Below are positions 46,886-62,202 of a stretch of 64,000 bases of DNA, piece by piece. The DNA is taken from assembly GCF_009914755.1 (NCBI RefSeq), contig NC_060938.1. The stretch is one strand, 5' to 3'. Within the stretch, counting starts at the first letter, position 1, and every line of letters starts with the position of its first letter. Both the position numbers and the translations under genes were made by a program. The notes beneath the pieces are model-generated. The model was not told the origin of the DNA and searched no databases. It saw only the letters and a program-made list of their open reading frames with translations. Source of the stretch: the human T2T-CHM13v2.0 reference genome, Homo sapiens.

Positions 46886-48023
46886 CAAGGGTCCATGGAC
46901 TTCAAATTCAGTAGTTCTATCAATAAATCCTAATGGTATTTGCTACAAATATGTCATGAACTGTACTTATGAATAAAACTTTTAAAAATCTCAATCTTGC
47001 TTTTAGATACTGTGGTTTTGACCTTGTAGACTATTATATTTGGACAACTTAAAATTATCATTTGAAAAATGTATATACACAACTATGAAAATGGCATTTT
47101 TATTAATGGCATTTTATTAATGGCATTTTTGGCAGTTTTGTTTCAAAAATGGATGGCTTACAATTGCAGAGTATTGGCATCAATTGAAGCAGTCCATTGT
47201 ATGTATAAATCAAATACCTATTAAGTAGATGGAAGATAAGACTGATAGGCATTATTTATGAGAAATTTAAGAGATCTATAGATAGGTAGTAAGTAGGCAG
47301 GTAGGTAGGTAGCTGAGAGATAAAATTTGACTACGGCCACATGAACATGCGTTTCAGTGACGATAATTTAAAGTTTGCTTATATTCAAGGCAATTTATAC
47401 AAGTGAGAGAGGTAGAGGGACCACAGTTAAAAGTGTATTTAGGAAGCGGTATAGAAGTTTTCTTTGTGTTGAATGAGGTTTTACTTTTGTCTGGTGAAAT
47501 TTCAATGTTTTCATGCTGTTTTAGTAATTTGGACATTTGCCAGCACGCTTAGTGGAAATTTTTCATCAAAATGGTTATGTAACTGGTTTGACAGGAGAAA
47601 TACTGAAGTGTACATTACACGAAATTTTTATTTTTCAGGAACAACCAACTGTGCTCCATTGAAGTTCTATTACTTTGTAAGTAGCACATTTCCTTAATGA
47701 TATCTAAGCCTCTTTCCATAACTTTTCAATCACTGCCAATTATGAAAATTGTTACTTATCCTTTTAAAATCTCTCATCTGTTCCATTAGTGTAGCATAGA
47801 CTAGTAGTTCCAGCTACTTAGATCAGGAAAGAGGAAATGCTCTCTTATTCCTCTCTTTTTCTCCCCCATCCCTTGATTTAGATTATTGATAACAGAATGT
47901 AAACATAGACAATATTCTCGTTGTTAAATGACTTCAAGTCACGACAGACATGTTCTCTTTCAGCTGTTACTGGTTCTCTTTATACTACTCTTGGTTCTCC
48001 ATATATTTGGTGGCCAAGTGCTG

Positions 48024-48247
48024 GTGACCATTAAAAAGTCAGGAAACAACAGATGCTGAAGAGGATGTGGAGAAATAGGAATGCTTTCACACTGTTGATG
48101 GGAGTGTAAATTAGTTCAACCATTGTGAAAGACAGTGTGGCGATTCCTCAAGGATCTAGAACCAGAAATATCATTTAACCCAGCAATCCCATTACTGAGT
48201 ATATACCCAAAGGATTATAAATCATTCTACTATAAAGACACATGCCT
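48024..48247 (+). mobile_element. Internal L1PA ORF2 fragment without poly-A, flanked by a 33-bp direct repeat
   Basis: cattaaaaagtcaggaaacaac...ataaagacacatgc between identical ttggttctccatatatttggtggccaagtgctg at 47991-48023 and 48248-48280. Confidence 0.92.
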
Positions 48248-50607
48248 TTGGTTCTCCATATATTTGGTGGCCAAGTGCTGAGTCTTTTATAGGGTCTATT
48301 TGTCAGTTTTGTAGAGGATACTGGAGTTTCTCTCCCTATTCAATTCTCTCAAAGGAAATCTAGCTGAGGCACAGTGGCTCTTTTCTTGCTGCCTGCAGCT
48401 GCAACGATAGAGTAAGTCCCCCATACAGCCTCTTGCTGCCATATTTCCCCCTCCCAATAAACAATGCTTTTGAAGAATAGGGCAAAGAACATACAATATT
48501 GCTTATATTTAAAACACCATAATGGCCCCACACTCACAGGAAATGTAAGTCTTATCCTTATTATATCAGAGACTGAACATAAGGGCTGTTTCCTGACAAT
48601 CTCTACATCAGTTCCGCCATCTCTTCTGTCTCCACCATCACCATTAAGTCTCAGTTTAGTGACGTAACATTTGGGCAAAAGAAAACACCATTTCCTGTCA
48701 TTGCAATGTCCTGTCCCTCTCTGAAAGCAGATGGAACAGTTACTCCTTTGAGAAGACTCCATTTGCCCAACACATTCTGTCCTCTTCCTCAACCTCATAT
48801 ATTTCTATTTATCAGTGACCAGTAAACTTAGGACAAAAGGAAATTTCATGAATAGGACCCTTGAAGTGTCTAATAATATGGTCCTCAAAATACATTTTCT
48901 ACTGTACATATGGTCTTGTTCTTTAAATATGTGAAGCACAAAAATATCTCTTAATCAGTAACTCTCGTCTATTTAATTTATATAAATATATAAAACTAAT
49001 TAATTAGCTTATTATTTACAACATAATGAGAGTTGTTAAGATTCTGTATGGACACAAACACAAAATTGATCTTTTTGGAATTGATATTTAAAGTTTATCA
49101 TTTTGATACTCAAAGTATTTTAGGTATAATTATTTGAGAGCCATAACGATAAAAAATAACTGGAAGTTGTTACATACATGGAAAGTAAGTTTTTATATGA
49201 GTTGTCTGAAATATTAAAGTCTCCAAAAGTAGATAATTATTTAGTCCGACATTAAAAAAAAATTCTGGGTAAATAACCTGAGGAAAAACATGATCAGATT
49301 ATTTCTGTCCCCAATACCTAATGAAATGAATAAAATGTGATAAAATAAATATAGCCAAAGGCAGACAAGGAAAGGGTTATATATGTCATAAATTTAGGAG
49401 GAGATATAAAAATGAAGGCAGTAGTCTCGTGTGGTAAGTCAGAACCAGATTTTGCTTTTTTAAATTAAAGATTTCTGGCTAAATACATGTAGTGTAATTC
49501 CATATTTTGAGAGATTGCAGGAAATCATGAGTTATATAAAAATCATTTATAGAATATACCTTTTCAGAACTTTCCAACTTCTTAGAATAAAAAATTTCTG
49601 AAAAGAAACATGAACTTAAAAAAAATATGTTTCAATAATGCCTTAATATGTAGAGAAACATACTTAACATAGACTTACACAAGGAAAATTTGTAGAAAAA
49701 TCCATTGACAAGTGGAGCCCACACCAACACCAAAGAAGCACAGCAATAGGGCTTGCCATTTTCCAGGGTTGTGCACTGAATCATAGCAGGCCAAAGGTGA
49801 ATATGCCACAGCTGGAGAGTGGACTGTGTACCTGGCTGACTGGAGTGTGCTTTGGTGTAGGATATCTAATGGATCTCAGAAGAAGTGGAATCTAGCCAGC
49901 ATCAAAGGGTATACTTAAACCTTCAAGTTCTTTCTTTTTCCCACCCTCTCATCCCAAGGCCATGGAAAAGTAACACCCAGAGAGAAGTCTAGATGAACAG
50001 AAAAAAGTCAAAAGTTTTGTGAAAGAGTGACAAGAGAAATGCACCCACAACCTTTCCGAGTAAATAGAATGTCTGAGCAGAACAGTCTACATCACATATA
50101 AGCCATATAAAAATAATGACATGATAGCCATATAATCATCTTTGGAAAATAAAAATGAGAAGAAAGAAAAATAATATTGAATTTAACAAGTGGTTAAAGT
50201 AGATAAAAAATCCAGTTGGGGGACAGGAAAGTAAGCTAATCCCCATAAGGGAGTCATATGTAGAGGATAATCAGTAAAGCATAAATTTTTTCAAAAGAAT
50301 TCCACAAAGAGATGACAAAATACAATGACATGAAACTGGGAATTACAAAACTAAAGATTAAAAAAAAACTTGAAACAGAATATTGAATCCAATTAAATCT
50401 AGAACCAAGAGTATATAACTGGAAGCAATAATGATTGCAAAACAGAATATTAAGGTTATAAATCAAGAAAAAATAGTAATACAAGCACCAAAAATTAGGA
50501 GATGAGGAGTGAAGCAAGAGCAAATGTAATAATAATAACATCAATATTAACTGAATATCAATGTTGTATAATGAATATGTGCAAATTACAATACTGTTCA
50601 ATTTCTC

Positions 50608-50924
50608 TACCGGGTACAGTGGCTCACACCTATAATCCTAGCACTTTGGGAGGCTGAGCTGGGCAGACTGCTTGAGCCCAGGAGCTTGAGATCAGCCTGG
50701 GCATCATGAAAAAATCCCATTTCTACAAAAAATACAAAAACATTATCTGAGCATGGTGTTGCATGCCTGCAGTCCCAGCTACTTGGGATGCTGAGATGGG
50801 AGGATCACCTAAGCCTGGGAAGGTTGAAGCTACAGTAAGCCATGATCACACCACTGCACTCTAGCCTGGGTGAAAGAGTAAGACCCTGTCTCAAAAAAAT
50901 AAATAATTATCATAATAATAAAAA
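50608..50924 (+). mobile_element. AluJ element
   Basis: ccgggtacagtggctcacacc...cttgagcccaggag...gagtaagaccctgtctc. TSD tcaatttctc (50598-50607 / 50925-50934). Confidence 0.92.
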
Positions 50925-50934
50925 TCAATTTCTC

Positions 50935-51095
50935 AATGCATTATCTCATTTAATCCCCAAAACAATCCTATAACTAAAGTGTCTTCACCTCACTTTATAG
51001 AAGGCAAAATTACTAAGAATGGCGATACTTAGTAATTTGCCCAAGAAAGTAAAAAGGCTGAGATTCAAATCCAATCATCCTGACACCAGCTTTTC
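50935..51095 (-). mobile_element. MIR
   Basis: ttatctcattttaatccccaaaacaatcct...taatttgcccaag...gagattcaaatcca. Confidence 0.7.
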
Positions 51096-51478
51096 TTATC
51101 TATTGTTAAGTGACAATTACCTCATTTTGAATTATTATTGCAGGTATAATTTAATTATTTTGACTTTACTATTTTTTACCTAATTTGCTGTTAAAAAAGA
51201 ATACATAGGTATTTTTATGAAAATGAAGTCATTACACTAAAATACAAACAAAAACAAAAGGGCATTAATATAAAGCCAGGAAGATGAACGAGGTGAAATG
51301 ATGTCTTAGCTCAATCCTTAGATTAATAGTAACATTATGAGAACCAGAAAGCTCTACTTAAATTATGTAACGGTAGGCAGTACAAGGCTGCTAAAGCAGA
51401 AGTAAAATGCTTGCCAGTATTAGTGACAGCCAATTCATGGAAGAGCTAATGTACATTTTTTAAAAATTAAAGATTTTC

Positions 51479-51799
<321 letters not shown>

Positions 51800-53848
51800 T
51801 CAAGCAAAATATGCTTAATACAGTTGCATATTTTGAGGGAGTAGAAATGATGGATTATATAATAATCATTTATGAAATGTGCTTTTCGAAACTAAATTGA
51901 TACACTACATAGTCCTACTGAAGTTTTCTTCATCTTATTCAGTCAGTATTTTCCATTAAAACCTATATATTTCATCAATTAAATAAAAAAGTTTCATTGG
52001 GCAGTATTTGCTGGAATTTCATTAACTACACTTGTATTCTTTTATTTAAAACGAGCAAACAGTTCATTTTATTGCAGCAGTAGATGAACAGAAATATGTT
52101 CCCAAATGCAATTTTCTATTTTGAGCAGAAATTTTAAAATAACGAACTCTGCAAAATTATAATTAAATGATCCTTCAGCCCAATTGTCTTACTATTTTTT
52201 TTTAAAATAATTAGAATGACCCTAAAATAAGAAAATGCTGAAAAAACAAAATAATGACTTGGGGAAAATTAGTAGGAAGGATTTTTAACAAAAACAAGTA
52301 AAAGTGCTTGTATGTCAACGTTTAAAAAAAGAATTTATATATAATCTTTATAACGTGAAACTGTGGGAAAATTCAAATAAAAAATTTATTGACAGCTACC
52401 TACCAGTTTTTAATGCATTAATTCTTAATCATTCATTTCCTCTTCACTCCCATATCTATATGCATAAACAATTACTGTTACCAATCTCTTAGGGCAAGGA
52501 AGTTCATGAGCTTATACTTAACCTCTCTCCCTATATATTTAGTTGAGTGCAGAGTTCCAAGTTTGAAGGTCAAGATGTTTTGAGAGGTTTAAGACCAAAG
52601 AGAAAGGGAAATAATGAAGATGGAAAATATTTTCAAAGCTGGGCCATGGTTGTACTAGAAGCTAAGGGGTTGCTGATTTTATTGTGTTTTGTATTGCCTT
52701 TCTCTTTTGATTATTATTATTATTTAGAGGTTGAATTTTCGTTTTTGAAAGTGTGGTAAAACGCAAACATGAAAAACGTCTTAAAATAGCAACATAGCTT
52801 AAATATATACAAATAGGAAATATCTTATAGCAAGGGCCTAAAATAAATATCCAGCCAGATACAATATGTTAAGACTGACATAGCATTTCTTTAAATAAAT
52901 GAAAATTAAATAGTAGTGTTTCTTACTATTTCTTTTGTTGTTTTCATTAAATGTGTTGACTTTGAAAAAGAACCGTTAGTCTAAAAACACTGAAGGCACT
53001 GTTAGCAGGATTGAGATTCAAAAGGCTAAGTCAATTGTAAAGAACAAGAATTTTTTTTAATGCAGTACAAACTCAGGAATTTTAGCTTATGTAGTTTCAA
53101 AAATAAAACAAAAAGCACCTGTGTCATCAACGTAACTCTAATTCAGGGCAAGCACCTACAATTGCAAACTCTCTTTAGGGTCCTTTTATAGCACAGATAA
53201 CCGATTTAGTGTCATTTTCTCTCTTCTTTTGGTTCTACTGGAGCCCAGATACAAGTAATATGAACTCTGTTGTCACCTATGACCTTTCTATGATGAAAAA
53301 AAGATTAGACTGTTATCTCTTGACTGTGAGACAATGTAAAGTTCGTCTGGAAAAGCCTTTCAGAGTGATACTCAATTGTCCTAAGGCTGATAATCAGACG
53401 TGTAAGGTAATTCTAAAAACAATGTACAGAAATTTATAGAAAAACATAAGGCAACCAAGTTTAGAAATAAATTACTTCCAAAGAGGCTGTGGGTGAAATA
53501 TCACTAATGCCTACTATTATTTTCATCGCTACTGTTTAGTTTATATTCTATAAACAAATTTTTTCACTCAAATCTATTTTTTATTCAAGGAATGATAGCT
53601 GCATAACTTATGACTTTACTACAAACAAAACTTTCAACATATTGCTCTATACTCTCCTAAATTTAAAGTGTTTGCTTAAAACAGCTTTCTCTATAAATTG
53701 TATAGTTTTACTGAAGCAAGGAAGGTAACATTTGCCATTAAAACTGAATAAATAGAAAAAAATTCTCTAGTAGTCTATATTCTAAAACATTGGATATTTA
53801 AAAAATATTAAAACTTAATAAGGAGTTATTTTTTGCCAGTAAACAGAA

Positions 53849-53854
53849 TTTATT
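53849..53854 (-). terminator. Polyadenylation signal AATAAA of RPL10L
   Basis: AATAAA about 55 nt after the stop codon, followed by TTCTGTTTACTGGC and AAAAAATAA, a possible decayed retro-poly(A). Confidence 0.8.
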
Positions 53855-53907
53855 AGTAAGCATAAGTCAGACCAGCATGGCCCAAGGAGACAGTACTGCC
53901 AAAACCT

Positions 53908-54850
<943 letters not shown>

Positions 54851-54932
54851 AGCTGCTGCTTCCTTTCTGCTAGCCATCTTGGGCTAGGAACTCTTGCTTT
54901 CAGCTTTGCTTTAAGTATAAAAGAGGTTATTT

Positions 54933-55200
<268 letters not shown>

Positions 55201-56074
55201 TCCTAGAATTTGAGAGGAAAAATCCTTCCAGTTATTCAACATGCTGTTTCCAGTTTGGTCAGTTCATTTTCCAGAGCTTGTATCTCACTGTCAGCATTTG
55301 TAGATCAATTGCTGTTTCTTGGGTTATGTGGCCACCTTCCCTGGATAAAGTGGTTTCTTGGCATGAGTGCTTTGATGAGACTCAGGAAGAGATGAGAGGA
55401 AGAGAAGAGAGAGGGATAAAGAGAAGATATCTGTTGTATCTGTAGCTTGGCAATTGTTTTATAAACATGAAACTTTGTTTTTTCTTTATTTGGCCTAAAG
55501 AAATGATTTTATTATCAAAATGATATATACAAAATTGAAACACCAACTAGATTTTTTTTAACTTAAGGCTATTTGCATTTTCAAATGTTAAAGCTGCTGA
55601 AACTATATAAAAGAGTAACAGTTTGTGTTTTAGTAATCTTTTGCCCCTGAGAATAAATTTAAACTTTTTTTCTTCTCAGAGTTTGTAAAAATATTATGAC
55701 AGGGATCAGAGTGTAGGAAAGGAGGAAGAAGAGAGAGGAAAAGAAATTAATAGTTTACAAACCCTACTTGCATTTTTCTAGTTTTCTTTTTTGTTTTAAT
55801 GTTGTTTCACAAATCCATTACATCATGGAACAAAATCCCCCCAATGTGAATATATTCTGTCAATACTCTTTGTTTTAAGGGAGAAAAATAACTCCTGCCC
55901 TTAAAGTGAGTGGATTTTTACAAAATACTAAAGATAAAACAATTAAATCTCCCAATGTAGAAAACTTTCTGACCTTTAAGAAAGCTTTCTCACTTCCCTT
56001 TTCTTCCTTCATTTCTTCTTTCCCCTTTTTCTCAACTAGTTCCTGTTTAACATATTGAGATAAAGTAGCTAATA

Positions 56075-56600
56075 CCATGTTCCTCTCACCAAGCTTACAA
56101 GCCTAGGAGAGGATATAGATACTTCTCATATATCATCATATTACCAAGTGTAAAATGTGCCAAAAAGGAAAAGCAAAGTAAGCCCTGAGACTGTGGGATG
56201 AGGCTGGGGATGAGACCTTGATCCAGACTGAGGAATAGACAGGAAAATCTTTATCAGAAAAGAAATTTCATGTAGTGACCATGGCACATGGGGTCTGATG
56301 TATAAAAGGCCTGAAGCAGGCAGAAATATGGAACATTTTAAGGAACTTAAAGTCAGGCCAATGTGACTGTGAGTGAGAAAATGAGTCACATAACATGAGC
56401 CCAGAGTGTGTGTATGTGTGAGAGAGAAGGGGTCATGCTTTCATACAGGGCCCATTTTACCAAGTTAGGGATCCTGATCTTTAATGTGAGGCCATTAAAG
56501 AGCTTTACTTAGGTTTCATCACTCTGGTTATGGTATGGTGAATAGACTGAAACCAGCCCAAAAAAGGTATGCAAGGAGATCAGAAAGGAAGACTTCGCAA
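56075..56600 (-). mobile_element. L2 fragment
   Basis: ctcaccaagcttacaagcctagg, aaggcctgaagcaggcag, gccattaaagagcttta. Confidence 0.6.
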
Positions 56601-56889
56601 TACTGCAGAAAACACACTATAACTTGAACATACTTTAAAATATTTGACTTTATATACAAGTTAGTATCTTTTTTATACTACTACATGCTCTGAATCTATG
56701 ATCGCGCCTCAGGGAGAGGTGTTTGTGAGGCAAAAGGAAGACGCCCAGAGTTTATGTGCCACGACACACTCACTTCCACTTGTCTGATCTCCCACCTGTC
56801 TAATGTTGCCAAAATGCTAGAATTATCTGACCAGCAGATGCTGTTTTGCTGTGGGGGCCTGTCTACATAAGTTTCTTTCTTTAATCCAA

Positions 56890-56997
56890 AGCCTGAGCAA
56901 TCCTGGTTTGTCCGGGTCTGTACCAGTTTTAACATTCAAGTCCTAGGTCCTGCAAAACCCCTTAATACCACGCGAAGTGGGAGGGTTGGCCACCCTA
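56890..56997. mobile_element. MER81/MER94-like hAT-Blackjack MITE
   Basis: tcctggtttgtccggg...ggttggccacccta terminus. Confidence 0.55.
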
Positions 56998-57559
56998 CTC
57001 CACTCATGCATGAGGCCCTTCACAGTTGCAGATTAGGAGGGAGGAAAGAGGAAAGGGAGGTCCACACTGGGATCCTCTGTTTATACTTCTTTTCCTAACC
57101 TTGCAGATATAAGAGGAGATCCTGTGGAAAAATGCATGAAGCACCACCATTCTGTTGAAATATTACAAGCATTCCTCTTAATCAATTCCAACATTTTGAG
57201 AGTTTCCCTACCTCTCTACTCTTGCCATCCACAGTGTACATCATGCTAAGCAAACCTTGCAAAAATATATAAAACTTGTCTGCTTTGAGATATATAGCTA
57301 AGGGAGACACTAATATCATGTATAATAGAGATGGCTTAAAGAATGGGTAGAACATTCACAAGTAGAAATATGGGATATGGTAGAAATGAAGCAACACAAC
57401 TTCATAAAACCATTAAGAGATATGAGAACAGAAATATCTCTACCTGGTTCACTGTTTTGTCCCCTGTTTTTGGCACATTGTGTGACGAGTAGCACAAGGA
57501 ATACACACACTTCGGAGGCGCGGTGCGGTGTTAATAAACATTTAACAACCTGCTCTTAG

Positions 57560-57738
57560 TGGAGGTCAGGATTTTGAGGAGAAATCCCTGATTTGTAGTG
57601 TTTGCTGATTGATTTGGTAGAAATACTTTTCCCGTCATCAGTTTCAAACATCAGTGTGATTTACTGAGCACAAAGATGGGGAGAGATGTGCACTATCAGC
57701 TTCTGTAAGCTAGTGTTAGCCAGCTCCAGCATGCTGCC
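57560..57738. mobile_element. MER63-like hAT relic
   Basis: gatttgtagtgtttgctgatt...ggggagagatgtgcac...gccagctccagca. Confidence 0.55.
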
Positions 57739-59642
57739 ATTTGGTGTGCATACACAAGACAGAAAAGACAAACTTGTCTTTTGTTAATGCTAATAATGCA
57801 TATCCTATAATAATACATTTTGGAATGATCAGGGAGAGATCTTTTTTAGGAGCCCTTAGAAAGCAGACAGGTACGAATACTTAAACTTGATTCAGCTTTG
57901 ACTGTGAAACAGTTTCCCTCTGTGGTTTCTCCCTCCGGTTTCACAGCCCTTAAGAGGCCTGCGGTATTCTTTACTTATTGATTGTAAGTACTTTACTTAT
58001 TGATTACTTACTTGTAATTAGCACTAGACAGTGTGAGAAATACAATCAAATTCCAGATATCCTCTGTCTTCACGCAAAGGCTGGAAAAGAACAGTTCTGT
58101 GTATTAGTTCAACACAGCATTTACTTTCCTTTTTTGATATAATCTTTCAAATGTTTCACAATGAGCTAAACCTGACTTTGTTCTCAAAGGGGAGCATGCA
58201 CTGGAGTCTAATGAGTTGAGTGGCACACACCATGGATGCCCTCTCCTGCTACAGGAAGCATCTGCATTGTTGATCATTCAGTCATTATGTAGAGTACCAT
58301 CATTGGGTGCTTTACAATATACTGCGATTCATAAATCATGTTCCACTTGGACTCTGAATGAAGTGTGAAGGCTCCACTGATGACTAACAGTCATTTTCAT
58401 CTGGATTTCTTAGTAACTTCACACTGGGGGCTGTAATCTGAATGTATTTGAGAATAGGTGAGCAATTTGACTGTCTATATACAGTATTCCTAGAGTTGAA
58501 TCATGAATATAAAAGAGCCATGGTTATGGCTGGCCTTTTCTTCAAAGCCAGTGGATTGTGCCTATTGTCATGGCTAAAGAGTGGTCATGCTGCCTGTCTC
58601 TCATGCACTTGATTCACAATGGTCTCTTATCTATTGACAAGAAAACATGTAGAAATGCACATTTTTTGAACAGAAATATATTCAGATAATTTTAACTCTT
58701 TAGCCCAGCGCCCTAATACATTTTCCTTTTTGACTGGTGTTTTCTACATTCTTCTTCTTCTTTCTTTGGGAAGCTTTTTTTACTTTGGATATAGGAACTG
58801 AGCATGTACACTTACCTTTGTAGTTTGCTTGTAGAGAATGAGTTCCCCCCAAATGAATGACTTTTGACATTGTTCCAGAAAGCTGGAAAAAAGTAGGAAA
58901 GTATTAAATCAGGGAGAGGTGGCACAAAAATATGCTTGCTAAAATTTCATTGATTTTTTTTCCATATACATTTTAAATTTACTTGTTTAGGTTTCATACT
59001 TGTACAAAATGTATAAGCCATTAATTAGTTTTGTGTGGTAAGTAATTGAAATGTAGTTTTATAATTATAAATATTTAAGCAATGCTATAAAAAAGATATG
59101 ATACATAATAAACAATTTGAATCAGCATAAGACTCTACATCAGTTTTTGAAAGCCCTTTTCTCTAAAAAAGGATTAGTTCAATCTGCAAATTTGAGAAAC
59201 ACTGATCTGGGTTAGGGTGCTGTGTATGAAGTTTGCCTCCCACATATTGAATGCATAGATTTCCTGTGCTTTAGATCTAAATTCCTGTCTATTCATTTAA
59301 AAGGCATAATGATGGGAGCAATGTTGTTACTTCCTTTGCCCAGTTTACTTAACAGTAGTTTGTGTGGTTTACAAGGTTTACAGAAATGCATGAAGCACAT
59401 ATTTAGCTAAATATATAGATTATTTAATCATTTATATCACAACAGCCAACTCTATTTCAGGTTAAATTCATCTTGTACTTTTAATGGATGACTCCTTTAT
59501 CCATTAAACAGATTTTTTTTTTAATTTCGAAAGTGAGCAATCAACTTTAGTAATTACATTATGGGTTATTTATTTATGAAACTACTAATTCCAGTTGATA
59601 AAGCACTTTGGAAAGCTTTTTAAAAAGCTTTGCTTCACTTAT

Positions 59643-60004
59643 TGTTATAGACTGAATGTTTGTGTGCTCCCAAAATTCATATGTTGAAATTCTAACCCCC
59701 AAGGTGATGGTATTAGGAGGTGGGGCTTTGGGAGATAACTAGGTCATAAAGGTGAAACTCTTATAAGTAGGTGAATACCATTATAAAAAGAGACCCCGGA
59801 GAATACTCTGGCCCTCTTTTTACTACATGAAAATATAATGTGAAGTTGGCAGTCTGCAACTGGAAGAGGATCCTCACCAGAACCCAACCTATACCACTTT
59901 GATCTACTACTTCCAGCCTCCAGAATTATGAGAAATAAATTTCTGTTGTTTATAAGCCACCAGCCTATAGTACTTAGTTACAGCAGCCCAAACTCACTAA
60001 GACA
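59643..60004 (+). mobile_element. MLT1A-type MaLR solo LTR
   Basis: tgttatagactgaatgtttgtgtgctcccaaaattcatatgttgaa...cactaagaca. Confidence 0.88.
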
Positions 60005-60559
60005 TCTGTCCAACCTTTTCATTCATTCACATTGTTCGTTCATTCATTAACAAAAAAAAAAGGAAATAGATTATGAATACAAATTAGAGATAAAGCAAAT
60101 ACTTGTTTAGAATGAAAAAGAAAATAAATTGCAAACTATAAGTAGCTAATAAACAGCATTTACATCACAAGCTTTAAAAAAAATTTTTAATTGCCTAATC
60201 CATCTTTATATTCTTTCTTCTTTATATTTTCTAGCTGCATTTGACCATTACTAATACATTTATGAAAAGATTGAAAGCTTAATTCAATATGTCCTCTAGT
60301 AAATTATTTGAAATTTGTATTGATAACATACAAATTTCTTTTGGCCTCACAACTCAATGTGTATATAATATGTATACTTAGGATTATTGTCAGATTGAGA
60401 AAATCTTACATCTTTCATATGTGAACTATAGTATTTCAAAAAATTTCATTTCTCTGGGCACTGACTACTCTCGAGTATTAATGGAAAATCTTCATGAACT
60501 AGTTTACAGTTGATATCCTCCTTGTAATATAGCATTTGATGGGATGGAAACCACTTATA

Positions 60560-60739
60560 CCAATTGTACTCAGAAGAACTAATTGTGTGCATCTCTTCCC
60601 AACTTTCTAGTTCAGTCACATAATATCGGTAGGTTGAATTGGTGGTAGTGGGAGTATTTACAGCATTGGAAAAACTACAAATCCAGTCTTATTTTCTCCC
60701 TGGAGAGCCACTTATTAAACATGTATCAGTACACCACTG
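60560..60739. mobile_element. MER63-like hAT relic, opposite orientation to the 57.6 kb copy
   Basis: tgtgcatctcttcccaact...gggagtatttac...ctacaaatc...cagtacaccactg. Confidence 0.55.
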
Positions 60740-62202
60740 TTAATACCTTCTTTCAAGTTATATGCTTCCTTTATTGGTTTCACTAACTAATGTCAGGTCA
60801 GCCAGAAACTTCAGGCTTTTTCTAATGAGCTCAAACAATTTATTATTCTTCATTAATTGGATTGTAAAATATTAATAATCTTAGAGCCGATTAACTGCAA
60901 TTAAAATATTTGCTTAATTAAAGACATTGATATGATCTGAAATTTGTTTTGTCAACAATTTGGTTCTTTATCATTAAATACTTTCTATTGATATTATTCA
61001 TCTGCATTGCATTTGTTTTATATTCTACTAGTTTTTTACCAATTTTTCTCTCAATTTTTTAATAAATAAATTTGAAATTACTGCCAAATAAGAAGTCTGT
61101 ATATTTCAGTTGTTTTAAGTGAAATGCTCCAAAATGTCTTTTTCAATTGCAGTGAAAATAATGTATTTCATCACTTTGAATTATTTAAATAAACATTTAC
61201 CTCTTTGGGCATATATCTTTGTATCAAAATGTTGATGAATGCCAGATGAGTCAGCACAGGGGTAGTCAGAATACTTTTAGAAGCAATTCCAACACCAGAC
61301 ACGCTAGCAATACCTCATCTATTCATCGATGTGACTACAGAACACATAAACACACCCTATTAAATGTGAACTAAATACATTCTTTAATAACTTTTCCTTT
61401 AGCAAGATCCCCAAATTGCCAAAATCACTTCAATGATGCCTACTCTCAGGGAGAAGTGTGAAGGAAAGTGGGAGTGCAAAATGGAGGGCAAATTTTATAA
61501 AAACAATACATGAGCTCATTGCTAGGGCCCATCCTAGGGCCTGGGAAAGGACCTGTGAACATGAAGATTCCTGAATCCAAGGCTTTATTAATTTTGTTAA
61601 AAGTTAATTTTATTTCTGAGCAGGTGATATTACCGTTTTTTTAAATCCCTTTTCATTTTTGCCTACCTAAGTGGTATTCTTCTCCCATTTGCTTTCTACA
61701 GCCCCAATGTCTTCAGAAATCTCCAAAAAATATTTATACCCTAACTACCCTCAGGTCCTTTACTCACTAAAGTTCTTTACTGTCCTAAAGTCCTTAACTG
61801 TCCTTAAGTCCTTTACTCACAATAAGGACTTGAGGGCAGATGGGGTATAAATATTGTTTACTCATTTCCTTTTACTTACTAAAATGTAGGTTATAGTTTT
61901 CAACTTAAAAGTGTTTCTCTCTTAAGATTTCCAAGATCAAAGCCTTACAATAAAAAACATGGGTAATAATAGTAAACAATTTCAAAATCATGAATTAAGA
62001 CAAATATTTTGGTGCATGGGACTATACAGATTCTTCTAAAATCATAGTTTATATTTTAGTTGGTTGAAGAAATAAAACTATTTAATACATGTTGGTTTGT
62101 TATTTGAAAAAGAATCTGTATACTTGCTGAATTTTTTATAATGAAATAGATTCTAGAGGTATTAGTAATTATTTAAACATTAAAATAAAATAAAACACTA
62201 GA

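Noticed and set aside
47991-48280. 33-bp direct repeats around a foreign spacer as a CRISPR-like array
   Set aside because: Only two repeats, a 224-bp L1-derived insert, eukaryotic DNA and no cas genes.
48349-48798. 149-aa ORF and other 60-150 aa ORFs in unique or LTR sequence
   Set aside because: No recognisable domains, many non-ATG starts and no splice or promoter support; expected by chance.
59612-59631. 20-bp perfect palindrome aaagctttttaaaaagcttt; also a 10-bp-stem hairpin at 13617-13640
   Set aside because: Short and AT-rich with no supporting context; plausible by chance or slippage in 64 kb.
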